Origin: Paraphysomonas bandaiensis
Lineage: Eukaryota; Protista; Chrysophyceae
Assembly (NCBI GenBank): GCA_965644295.1
Contig: CBFFRP010000234.1
Location: 62,001-126,000, forward strand
Length of the DNA stretch: 64,000 nt
Direction: 5' to 3'
This document shows, one piece after another, positions 25,072 through 36,886 of the stretch. Each line of letters starts with the position of its first letter. Within the stretch, counting starts at the first letter, position 1. Below the pieces are notes generated by a model. The model was not told where the DNA came from. It did not search any database and saw only the letters and a program-made list of their open reading frames with translations. Both the position numbers and the translations under genes were made by a program.

Positions 25072-28000
25072 GTACATATGATGTTTGTTTCAACTATTTC
25101 TATTGTATTGACGCCCGTTCACAGAGTTTGCCATCCCGCGATTATATCAGGCGACAGGTATTTGCTGAAGTGGGTATACTTCGAATATTGACGTATTTTG
25201 CAGAGTTCATCATTTGCATTTGCGAAGGATGATATGTTCCTGAATTCCATGGAGGGAAGTGATGATGCTGACTCCAAATGCTCTATTTCGTAGATACCGG
25301 CGAGTAGTAGCGCTTGTGAACTGCTTCCACAGGTATGCAGGATATATAAATCCGTTGTAAGCGTAATATATATGGCACAGAGGCGTAAACAATATTTCGA
25401 AATTTTAATCGTCGTGACTGTGCTTCAGATTTCATATGGAAATTAAATTAGTTATGTGTTGCCCAGCGCAACAGTGAGTATGTGTTTGACAGCTTTATGT
25501 TGTGTCAGTGTGCGTTAGTCATTTTGCAGTAATGCAAAGTATGGAATACTTAAAATTCTGGCGATTCACTTGGACAGTGTGTCCTCCATGTATTTATAAT
25601 AATGTTCACGTTTTGCTGTATTTTTGAAGGCACGGATAAAGCCTGTTCAGAGTATTTCTTTGGTCGTGTTGATTTGTTTTTGATCACTGCGTTCTGTAGT
25701 CTAGTACTGTGATAAGTTCTGACGTGATCTATACACTCGAACTAGAGAGAGTGTCGCACAGATAATCACGTTGTTAAAATTGTGAGTCGGCTGAGCCTTC
25801 GCATTGTCTGGAGTAGGCGTGAATGAAACATACATATATACATAGGTGGTACGAACTACAGCTGGGCGGAAGTGCGAGACATGGGATTGTGCTCCTTAAA
25901 TTCAGCCGAGAGCGGTGCATTTCGTGTGTATATTCCCAACAGTGTGTTGCGCATGAGTGCTGCAGTTAATGTGTGGTGCGCACCGATTGGCAAGACAGCG
26001 AAGCATCTCGTCTCTTCGCTCGAGGAGTTTGTCAATGCTGTAGACGATAGCATGTATGAGGTAGAAATGTTGCAGTTATGGGAAAATTTGGTACGTAATT
26101 TTACTGCTTTCGTGTTTGGAGCTTGGGGTTAAAGAAATTTCTTTGACAACGTTGTTCGGGGGACTTTCAATGCAATTGCACTGATGTGGTGAAGTTGACT
26201 CCACTGTGTGTATTTCTCTCTGCAATGGCATTGCATCCCGAGCTGCCTGATATGCTACCTGAATACGAAAATACTGCTAGTGAGATTAACGGACAAGATG
26301 GTAATGAGGTTGTTATAAACGCAGCTGGGGTATCGGCAGTAGATATATTTTTTGCCTTGGGGCTGCCATCAGGTCGCGTGGTGACCATACTGGATCAGCG
26401 GAAGGAGCGAGCGCAACGGTACATTCAACAAAAGCAGTTTAATGCTTATATGATAATGCTCAACGGCATACCGACGACAAGTTTGTGTTTGCTCTTCTCA
26501 ACAACTTGTCCTCTCGTTGCCGATAAGAGCTACGTAAAAAATTGCAATTGTGGTGTCAAGTGTGGAGCACAGAAATTTTTATGGGTTTATATCTACTCAT
26601 CCAGCTGCCAACCCCTCTCTTGACATTAATTCGGCCTCGTAGTTGCTGTTGCAGTTATTCACCCCTATGAAGGAATTTAGTGTTGCCAAAGCTATCATGC
26701 TGCGACGAAAGTCATATCGTTTTGAATCTTTTGAAGATTTACGAAGTTTTTTTTAATGCGCAGTGACAGGAGGCGATAAGAAATAAAATGGCTAATAAAA
26801 ACGAGATGAAATAATAGGTGCAAACATTTATTTTTCTGAGTAAGAGAGGGAGCGACTATACATTTTCAAGTCGCAACGTGTAATTGAGATAAACTGTTTA
26901 ATATAGTCGCCCTTTTGACACCCTTCGGCTTCGAGATGAGGTTCAAAGCCGACTTAAACGAATGAACTAGCGAATGTCAATTTAATATGACACCAGGAGT
27001 GTTAGCACCTGTGTGAGAGGGCATGTTTGTGAATGAAAATGTGCACAGATATATTATTGGGGGTATGTAGTAAGTATCATGTTATCTGTAAGTGGGATAA
27101 TGGATAATGTATGTAGTATGTAAACATAGCAGTGATAGTTGGTGTGTGAATGGCACAGAGTAATGTGTGAGGCAATGCTAATAATAGTATATTTATTTGT
27201 GATATCAGTCACACACAAGGAGATAGACCCGAGCTAGATGGCTAGGGACAATAGGTACATTGTGCTAAAACCATATAGTCTCCACAAGATATGTGGTGCG
27301 AGGCAGGTAGTAGGGGATACAACATCTACTATATTTGAGTTTGGCATATAGCAAACTCAATTTAACAAGGCGCGTAGGCAACCGAGTTAGCACCTGAAGA
27401 CACAGCAGAAAGAGCAAGGTTGATGTAAAGTTAAACTTAGCTCCTGATTAATTAAAATCATGAATAAACACAACAATAAATTTTATTCCTAAACATTTTC
27501 ATCTGGGTTTAAACGCGGGATGAAGAACATACTAAGCAGCCGTGGGAATCCAATGCAGGTGGTGTCATGGGCTAAAAATGCAATAGGAATAAAACAAAGC
27601 ATGTTATAAAATTCAGCACCACCCAATCATTTGTCTCGAAAACTAGTAGAATGAAGTTAGAATCAGCAGTGCAACGAATGTGTGTATCAATTGTGTGATG
27701 TAAAGGGAGGAACGCGTGAATAGTGATTGATATATAGTGCGGTGGATAGAGGTGTATATACGAGAATGGAGTTCAGGAGAGGTATGATATAATTAAATCT
27801 TAATTTAATGTACATGATGATATAAGTTTATCCAATGCTCTTGGGTAGATATGACAGACACGTCACAACACTATCCCTTCTCCTCCGGCAATAGTTGGAT
27901 GATAGGGTTAGGGTTAAGAGGGGTGAGAGGTTACGTATCAGTGGACTCGTCATCACCAAACATCATGGATTCAATGTAGGCACGGTGACAGGTGTATACT

Positions 28001-28467
28001 ACCACAGATACTGCTCTTGTCAATATTCTTACCACTTCTGGGGTACATATAGCCTTTTTGGTTGCAACCAAGAGTGCTCCTCTTAATTCTCCACTCCACA
28101 CATGGCGGGTTGTCTTTCAGTTGAAGAACTGTAAGAGGGGAGAGGGGTCAGTGTATGTGATTCGTAATGCGACTTGAACTCCCATAGTTTCCAAGGAATA
28201 TTGGCTTAAAAATTTACTAGAAATGATTTTGCTGGTCTCGATTTCTTAGTAGAGTGGAAAGATTTCTTACATAACCAGTTCGTAGCTAATCGCTCAGTGC
28301 AGTGTTACTAATTACTAATGGATTCGAATCCATTGCGATCTGTGCTCAGCCCATTCATGATGCAGTTTACATATTTCTGCAACATTTTCCGAGGAACATA
28401 TGTAATTCACATCGCCAAGTCAAATCGATAAATGCAGTACAGAAGTACTGTGCTGGTATTTATAAGT

Positions 28468-28554
28468 CAGGGCCTGGTAACCATTAATGGTAGTCCAGTT
28501 CCCGGAAATTATAATGGCGTTAATGGCATTACCATTAACGGTTACCAGGTCCTG
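28468..28554. mobile_element. hAT-type MITE (87 bp)
   Basis: TIRs cagggcctggtaaccattaatgg / ccattaacggttaccaggtcctg; 8-bp TSD ttataagt/gtataagt (7/8). Confidence 0.85.
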
Positions 28555-28983
28555 GTATAAGTACTGTGGTGCTGTGGAGAATATCCAGTTGACCATAATA
28601 GACTAGACATTCTGACGACACAGCTTCTCTTAAGATATACCAACCAATGTCAATTTCTGAGAATATTAATATGAACCATAATATATACATAACATACCAA
28701 TCTTTGCAATTTCCAGTGTTTAAAAAAATAGTGGAAGTATTACTTTACTTCATATAATAGTCAATGTTCACCGAAAACATAATTTTCGAAACACTGATAA
28801 TACGACTAGATATAACCATTACTACCCTAATAATCAGTATACTTTAAATAACTAAATAACTGCAGTCAGTAATAAACAAGACCTTGACGAAATATCAAAC
28901 AGGACAATGCAGTAATATTTCATAATAATACAATGTGAAGAAATAATCGCCCTCAACAAAATCTAACTTCTAACGTAGTCAAG

Positions 28984-30905
28984 TCAGAGCCGATGATACA
29001 AAGACTTTCTTGTATGATCTAAACGCAGAAATATAATGAGATATATAGCATATTCATAATCCTCTTACCTTGACCTTGACGGATAGTGCGCCCTGTATCA
29101 GATATTTTCGGAAGTAGTACGGGGCTCTGAGGCTTGTATAAACTAGGCGGTCGAGGACTGATACGCACCACGTGTTGGTCCATTGAGTCCTCTCCACTGA
29201 TTGACTTCCGGCGAGCATTGCCTGTTTGTAAAGTAATTATGTAGTTATATATTGCATATATATAACAACTCTTCACTGGATGATTACATTGTCAGGCATT
29301 TAAATATTTAAGAAAGACTATATGCGACGTCGTACCGTCATTGTCGGCTCTCTTACACGGTGTATTATCGAGTGATGCCCTTTGAAGTGGTGTAGTACAC
29401 TTCCCCTCAGCTCGCTCCTTCAGTCTTCCTCCTCTATTATTGATGCGGTGGTCCAAAGAAAGAGACGCAGCCACACTCTCTACCACCTCTCGAGTACCGC
29501 TGGAAGTCTGTCGATTGCACTTACTGCTCGCTGTATTGAAAGAAGCCCCGACACTCTCGATAGATGTTTTTTGATGCAACACGGGTGGCAACATTTCTGG
29601 TGAAAGTGCTGAATCTGTGATAACGTAGTTTTGGCCTATCTGCGTGTTTCTGTTAACATTTCGTATCACTTTCTCCGGGCTTATGGGAAATACATGAGTA
29701 GGTGACTCTTGTTTCGGATGATATTTCTCCTGTTCTTGATAAGAGAGATCGCTGAACTCTCCACAGTTGAACATTGACTGCCGTCTCTGCCTGGGTTTTA
29801 CCAGTTTTCTTTTGAATTTCTGAGCAGCCATAACTGCCCGGGCAGTAACCTTAAACTTCATACGTGCCTGGTAGGCACGTAGCTCGTCGAGGTTACCAGT
29901 CAAGTCGCGGGCACTCAGAATCATGGGGTCCACATGAAGCTAAAGAGATATTACCACAACAGGACGCAGAACAGATATATATAAATGATATGTTACTTAC
30001 CCATGGATGATCCAGCGCCTCATGCGCCGTCATACGCTGTTTGGGGTTTACTCTCAATAGACTCGATATAAAATTTTTGGCCTCCGTGGACACAGCTCCC
30101 CAGTGTTCTTCGTCAAATTCATACTCACCACGCTTTATACTTGAAAACAAATCTCCTATGTCCTCTTCATCAAAAGGTAAATATCCCCCAAGCAAACAGT
30201 AGCTGACCACTCCCAGCGCCCACATGTCCACTGCTTTACCATAAGGACAAGAGTTGAGGATCTCAGGAGCTGCATATGAAGGAGTACCACAAGGAGTCGA
30301 GAGAGTTGGCTGTGAAGCAACTGCTGCCAGACCGAAGTCTGCAATTTTCAGACTGGTGTCATCGCTTTTACTCACCAAAAGCAAATTTTCTGGCTTGATA
30401 TCTCTGCATCACATTTATTAAATATATACCATTAATACAGTATGAAGCTTGCCTGTGAACGACATCATTGTCGTGGAGATATTTAATTCCCGTGCAGATG
30501 ACTCGCACACAATCTCGAGCAACATCTTCCGTGTATTTTACTTTAGTGACTATTCGCTCGAACAGCTCACCGCCTGCCATATACTCCAGTACCACATACG
30601 TAGACGTATTGTCATCAAAAGCGTCCATAAACTGTACAATATATGGATGGTTTAAGCTCTTCATTATCTTAATCTCGTTATCTAAGTTGTCTCTATCAGC
30701 AGGGGGCATATCCTTCTTACAGCAGCACTTCACTGCGACTCTCTTTCCTGTCACTCTATGCGCAGCTAACTTCACTACTGAAAATGCTCCTTCTCCTAAC
30801 TATACGATAGATAATAAGCATACACAGCACAGTCTCTGATAAGAGTGTTACGACCTTCTTCCCCACAGCATACTGCTTCTTTAACATCACGTACCCGTCA
30901 CTCAT
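28984..30905 (-). CDS. CaMK-family Ser/Thr protein kinase (CaMKI-like) with long C-terminal tail
   Basis: LGEGAFSVV, VAVK, GGELFERI, spliced HR|DIKPEN, DFG, GTPSYAAPE, DMWALG. Multiple introns, including GC-AG 30452-30404. The last exon is inferred. Confidence 0.9.
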
Positions 30906-31133
30906 ATTGTACAGCAACGGTCTACTATCTCATCATCTGAAGAAGCTCTTGGCCCTCTCGATAGAGCGGAATCTTTAGGTTGGATGTATGTGTGTGTTAA
31001 TACTAAGAGCTCGACCAGTACACGTGCCGTCTCTGTACTGTATGCTGTGTGTGTATGTATACAGAGTGCTACACCCTCAGAAGTGAAGTGAAGTGAAGTG
31101 CCAACCAATCACACGACATCCATGGACTGTATA

Positions 31134-34126
31134 CCGACAACAGCATCGGAGGGGCAGCACCCACATCGGAGGGGCAACATCCGTAGTCCCGTTTTTGTGT
31201 TCTGTACGTGAATATTAGTATGATCGAATGGGGATGGCGGGCTCTTCATATCTACACACCACATCCAAATAAGCATATCTTCATATTTAAACTATTCGGA
31301 ATGTACTGTTGTGTTGTTGTGCCCACTGTAGAAACTTAATTTTATCGATTTTATGCTGTAATGATGCAGGAAAACCACCCAAATAATGACCACAGTGGGG
31401 ATCACACAATCCCATTATCATGAAGTGCTCGTGACAATCATACATCCCTACTAGATGAAGACTGTCCCCTGGATGATTTGTCATTAGATATCTTTTGAAG
31501 GAGCTTCAGAAAGAGCTATCAGCGGATGAGGTATACGACGAAAAGTGTTTACATGAAGCTCTTCTGCAGCAGTGCAGGGCAACTATGAAAGGAAGGATAT
31601 ATGCAAAGATATCCAAAGAGAATGGGGAAATGGAGGGAGAAACAAAACTAGGAGACAAGATTTGAAGATAGGTGGCATTGAATATATATCATTATGCTTT
31701 ATCATGAAGACTTTAAAGCGAACTAGAATTTAAGGACATACATACTTCCCTTGCAGTAAGTTGTAAGACGAAGTTGTTTGTGAGTATGGATTTCATGATA
31801 TATACAACTAATGTGGTGTACGTTGTAGATCGCCGTAATGATATTGCATTTCGGTCAATAGTACATACTTAAATCATCGTATGCCTTATTTGCATAAACC
31901 ATTTGATGTAACCTAAAACTGTAATGATGTATGTTATACTTTCCGTGTAGTAAGCTATTTATGCATGTATATTGCATGATGTAACAAATGTAATGTATGC
32001 TGTAGGCCGCTGCAATGATATTCGAATTTGTTTTTGTTAATTGCACATACTCAAACCTTCGTATGTCACAACTATTTGTCTAACGTTATCTCGCAGCAGC
32101 AATTTCTAGCGAGCGTGTGCAAGCAAGCTAGGGACTATTTATTATAGTTTACAGACAATCGTTTCAATGTACTCATGCTAAGGTATAGCAAGTAGCTATG
32201 TAACGCTTGTAAAATGTTTATATGTGCGCGAATAATAAGACGAAGAGCCGTTGCATCTAACACTATTATAAAACGGGACAACCTCACCCCTGTACGTCAT
32301 TTGTCTAAATTTTAAAGTCTAAAATATTTACTACCTGCCAAACTGTGTCTAGGTACAAGTAGGAAAAGGCTTGTTAAGACCCTGATATAGTGGAGAAATT
32401 TTGCAAGGAGGAGGGGTGAGAAGAAAGAAATAATGCCGCAGCTTTGGCGAAACATGCGAAGGCGGCTTAGGCTCTGTTGGGAAGGTAATCAGAGAAGGAC
32501 AGGTTTAATTCCTTATCTCCAGAGCAGTATAAGGCTGAGAAAGTGACCAAGAAAAGAGTAGGAGCTGAAGCAATAAGACAGAAGTTTGAAGCAGTCGCTG
32601 GAGAATTAGCTGAAGCTCTTGTTTTCCTTGAAACATATCATCGTTGAAGAGTATCTGAGTTAAACGTTTTTGAAGTATATTAGTTGAAACATGTTTTGTT
32701 TGAAAAGTGTTTCAGCTGTAACATGTCTTGTTTGAAAAGTGTTTTAGTTGTAACATGTCTTGTTTGAAAAATATTTTAGTTTTAACATGTTTTGGATGAA
32801 CAAATGAGAAGTATTCTAGCTGAACCATGTTTTGTTTAAAAAGTGTATTAAGTAGAAACGTACTAACCTTTTTTAAAAGTATCTGAATTGAAACAACTTT
32901 TGAAACATCTAAACGATGTATGAAATAAATTGCCCAGGAATAGTATGAAAAAATTCCATGTACCTGCACGAAACAGATTGCTTACGAGGCCAGGCAGCAA
33001 GCAGTATAACCGTTTTTCGTCTTATTATTCGCGCACATATAAACATTTTACAAGCGTTACATAGCTACTTGCTATACCTTAGCATGAGTACATTGAAACG
33101 ATTGTCTGTAAACTATAATAAATAGTCCCTAGCCTGCTTGCACATGCTCGCTAGAAATTGTTGCTGCGAGATAACGTTAGACAAATAGTTGTGACATACG
33201 AAGGTTTGAGTATGTGCAATTAACAAAAACAAATTCGAATATCATTGCAGCGGCCTACAGCATACATTACATTTGTTACATCATGCAATATACATGCATA
33301 AATAGCTTACTACACGGAAAGTATAACATACATCATTACAGTTTTAGGTTACATCAAATGGTTTATGCAAATAAGGCATACGATGATTTAAGTATGTACT
33401 ATTGACCAAAAAGCAATATCATTACGGCGATCTACAACGTACACCACATTAGTTGTATATATCATGAAATCCATACTCACAAACAACTTCGTCTTACAAC
33501 TTACTGCAAGGGAAGTATGTATGTCCTTAAATTCTAGTTCGCTTTAAAGTCTTCATGATAAAGCATAATGATATATATTCAATGCCACCTATCTTCAAAT
33601 CTTGTCTCCTAGTTTTGTTTCTCCCTCCATTTCCCCATTCTCTTTGGATATCTTTGCATATATCCTTCCTTTCATAGTTGCCCTGCACTGCTGCAGAAGA
33701 GCTTCATGTAAACACTTTTCGTCGTATACCTCATCCGCTGATAGCTCTTTCTGAAGCTCCTTCAAAAGATATCTAATGACAAATCATCCAGGGGACAGTC
33801 TTCATCTAGTAGGGATGTATGATTGTCACGAGCACTTCATGATAATGGGATTGTGTGGTCCCCACTGTGGTCATTATTTGGGTGGTTTTCCTGCATCATT
33901 ACAGCATAAAATCGATAAAATTAAGTTTCTACAGTGGGCACAACAACACAACAGTACATTCCGAATAGTTTAAATATGAAGATATGCTTATTTGGATGTG
34001 GTGTGTAGATATGAAGAGCCCGCCATCCCCATTCGATCATACTAATATTCACGTACAGAACACAAAAACGGGACTACGGATGTTGCCCCTCCGATGTGGG
34101 TGCTGCCCCTCCGATGCTGTTGTCGG
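31134..34126. mobile_element. Non-autonomous DNA transposon with 1111-bp terminal inverted repeats and TA TSD
   Basis: 31134-32244 is the reverse complement of 33016-34126, with about 6 mismatches seen. Termini are TA|CCGACAACAGC...GCTGTTGTCGG|TA. The spacer is 771 bp. Confidence 0.9.
32688..32795. repeat. 32-bp tandem minisatellite (~3.4 copies) in the element spacer
   Basis: aacatgt(t/c)ttgtttgaaaagtgttttagttgt-type units start at 32688, 32720, 32752 and 32784. Confidence 0.85.
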
Positions 34127-34411
34127 TATACTGGTATACAGGAGTGTATGAAACGTAACCAACACACCGCTGTGTACTCTGACTGTATACTGTACCGTAT
34201 ATAGACCAAGATACCAGAGAATGTTTAGAACTTTCACGAAAAACTACACCGTATACTGCGGTATACACATGCCATACTGGTGTGTAACTATCTCTTGAAC
34301 TAGCTAACCACTCCAATGCTACAGGCTGGATGGTCAGAGCAGGCACACAGTTCAACGGTGAATGCTTTCTCCTTGTTCCTCATATCATTTGACCCGCACT
34401 AGTTATATGAA

Positions 34412-35383
34412 ATGGCTGACAAGGGTCCTATAATATGTATCAGTGATCTTCACGGCAACTTAGATTTACTTAGACGAGCCATATCTAAAGGGCTGGATCT
34501 TGCGGGGCGGTGTGACCTAGAAGTAATATTGCTGGGAGACTATTGTGATAATGGTTTGCAAGTAGTAGAACTGCTTGAATATCTTTCCAAAGAGAAGTGG
34601 AAAGACGATTTTCCTGGTGTGACTCTTCGTGGTATTCTTGGAAATCATGACATGGCATGTTTACTGGCACTGAATCCAGGAGAATTTGGAGCTGATCCTA
34701 ACTTTATACGTCGGGGAAAAAACAGATGGGAGATGTGGAGCCAAAGATTTTGGACGCCAGGGGGAGAGACAGCGCATCAGTATGGATCCACCACTCAAGA
34801 AGAATTTCTTGTTGCCTTTCCATCGTCGCATCGTAATTTTCTTCGCTCACTCCCGTGGTACATAGAGAGTGATCAGTACATATTTGTCCATGCAGGACTC
34901 CGTAAGGCATCAGAAGAATCAGTGGAGTCTCAACTGAAGTATTTGTCGGCTAGGAACTTGAGTGACATGTCAGGCCACACGTACGGCGGTGGCAACTACG
35001 GTATTCCAGATCAGCTGGCGCACAAAGGTTGGTGCCGTGATAATGACCCAGAGTGGAAAGCAGTCGTTGTGACGGGTCATAATAAGTATGTTCATTATAG
35101 TGAAGACACCGGGGATTCACACCACTTTGTTTCATCACATCGCATCGGATTCCACTCCTGTGCATGCTCCATTTTAATGAATTCTTCGCTTCCACTTCAT
35201 GCTGCTTTATTACCACGAGGACCAAAAGGAAGTACTGTGTGGGACTACCCACCAATAATGTTTTCAGTACGTTACGACTTGCCTCCTTCTATAACAACGC
35301 GTCATATGCCAGGTCTAGACGATACTTCCACAGATAGTGTGGACAACATTCGTCAGAGAAAGCACCATTCAAAGTCTAGTTAA
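34412..35383 (+). CDS. Metallophosphoesterase, PPP-superfamily bacterial-like (RLPH-like) phosphatase
   Basis: SDLHG, GDYCDNG, GNHD, FVHAGL, VESQLKYL and VTGH motifs; intronless. Confidence 0.85.
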   Translation: MADKGPIICISDLHGNLDLLRRAISKGLDLAGRCDLEVILLGDYCDNGLQVVELLEYLSKEKWKDDFPGVTLRGILGNHDMACLLALNPGEFGADPNFIRRGKNRWEMWSQRFWTPGGETAHQYGSTTQEEFLVAFPSSHRNFLRSLPWYIESDQYIFVHAGLRKASEESVESQLKYLSARNLSDMSGHTYGGGNYGIPDQLAHKGWCRDNDPEWKAVVVTGHNKYVHYSEDTGDSHHFVSSHRIGFHSCACSILMNSSLPLHAALLPRGPKGSTVWDYPPIMFSVRYDLPPSITTRHMPGLDDTSTDSVDNIRQRKHHSKSS

Positions 35384-35929
35384 ATAGAATATATTTGTTG
35401 TTATATGAATTGATGGAATAATCTTCAATTGCCCTGGTCACTTTTACCACAAGCAGTAGAACTACGCGACTATAGTCCACATCCGTAACATTTCTTGACC
35501 AATCTAATTTCATTCCACTGCAGGAGGGTAAGCCGCTATCTAGAAAGTTTCAATTACAGTGTTTTTTGTTGTTAGGTGTAGATAAACGAGACGGTACACA
35601 GATTTTGATTTCGAATTGCTTGTTTACAGCATTTTTGGATGTATTTGACCCTAATAAGCGGTCACTCATATTTGTATGTGGACATTACTTCCGAGTCTTT
35701 GTACCTTGAATTGTTCGATCGTCTAGCTTAAATTGTTGGTAAATAATCAACTAAGCATAGAATGCGGAGAATATATGGAAAGTCACGAATTTCCTTGTCA
35801 CTAGATGTACAAATGTCGTGACATCAATTGTTAACCTGTTGTGTACATCAACATATGAAATTGTTAAGTTTTAAGGCCATGACCCGTTCCTGTACTCACT
35901 TGTTAAATACTATAGTACTGGTAACTTTG

Positions 35930-36035
35930 GTGTTTGTGGCGACGCACAAGCAATTCTCGTAGCGTTAAATTGTCCATCGTGCTACTAAGCTGGTGCAGAG
36001 TTTTAACGTCTATTGCTAATAGTAAGACTTTCAGT
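35930..36035 (+). mobile_element. Degenerate copy of the same non-LTR 3' tail
   Basis: ggcgacgcacaagca...cgtagcgttaaat...aacgtctattgctaa...agactttca matches the tails at 39806 and 62361. Confidence 0.7.
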
Positions 36036-36052
36036 AGAGGAGAAGCAAAGCA

Positions 36053-36198
36053 ACCATATGCTGTCTGTTTGGCTGCATCACGTATAGCGTATAGCATTTT
36101 GAAGGCATGACAATGCTCTATGACTACCATATGCTGTCTGTTTGGCTGCATCACGTATAGCGTATAGCATTTTGAAGGCATGACAATGCTCTATGACT
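36053..36198. repeat. Exact 73-bp tandem duplication
   Basis: accatatgctgtctg...ctctatgact occurs at 36053-36125 and again at 36126-36198. Confidence 0.95.
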
Positions 36199-36886
36199 AC
36201 GCGGTAAAATATTCTATCAAGAGTAGATTGAGAAAAACGTATTATTTCTATTTTGTATTGACTATTTGTTAACTGGCACAAAATTTTGTCGACATTCGTA
36301 TGTTCCGATCACTCAGAATCTACTCAATGCCTTCGCACTATTAGAAACGGCGGTTCCTTCTCGTTTTCAGCATTTGACGTTCAAAATATGTCGTGCTCAA
36401 ATGGCTACAGTCTATTGTATTGTATTATCCAAACCATGGCTTCAGAAAATCAGGAAAGGGCTTCACATCATATCATTCTAACCTCACAGTGAAGTACTCT
36501 ATAGAGAAAATTCACATTTCCATCCGAAGCATTATGACGCAGTAAAGCTTGAAGTGTGTTCAGAAGGACACCAATTTCGGTCAGAAGCGGTATATCAAAC
36601 GGAAATAACGGAACCATAACACAGAGACAACAGAGAACTGGTAGTGAGCTCGTTGAAGTGTAATACCTATAAATACAGAATGCGGAATCAAATAATATAA
36701 CAGCAATAAAGTTAGCTCAGAGGTCAGTGGTCAGTGTAGCCCTGACCGACTCGAGTCTTCACATCATCAACAAGCGCCGCACAGGACGGATATATAACAT
36801 CCACACTGACATCTACTAGCTCTCATATCTAGATATCATAAGACACAACACGAACGCAAAATACAGTAGAATACACGCAAAATACA

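Noticed and set aside
27400-27800. Possible Tc1-like transposase relic (INFIPKHFHL...)
   Set aside because: Only one weak motif amid stop codons; not supportable by eye.
32688-32795. Possible CRISPR array
   Set aside because: The 32-bp units are contiguous with no unique spacers, there are no cas genes, and the context is eukaryotic.
31287-33973. Mirror-image small ORFs (63-65 aa)
   Set aside because: By-products of the inverted repeat with no recognisable protein features.
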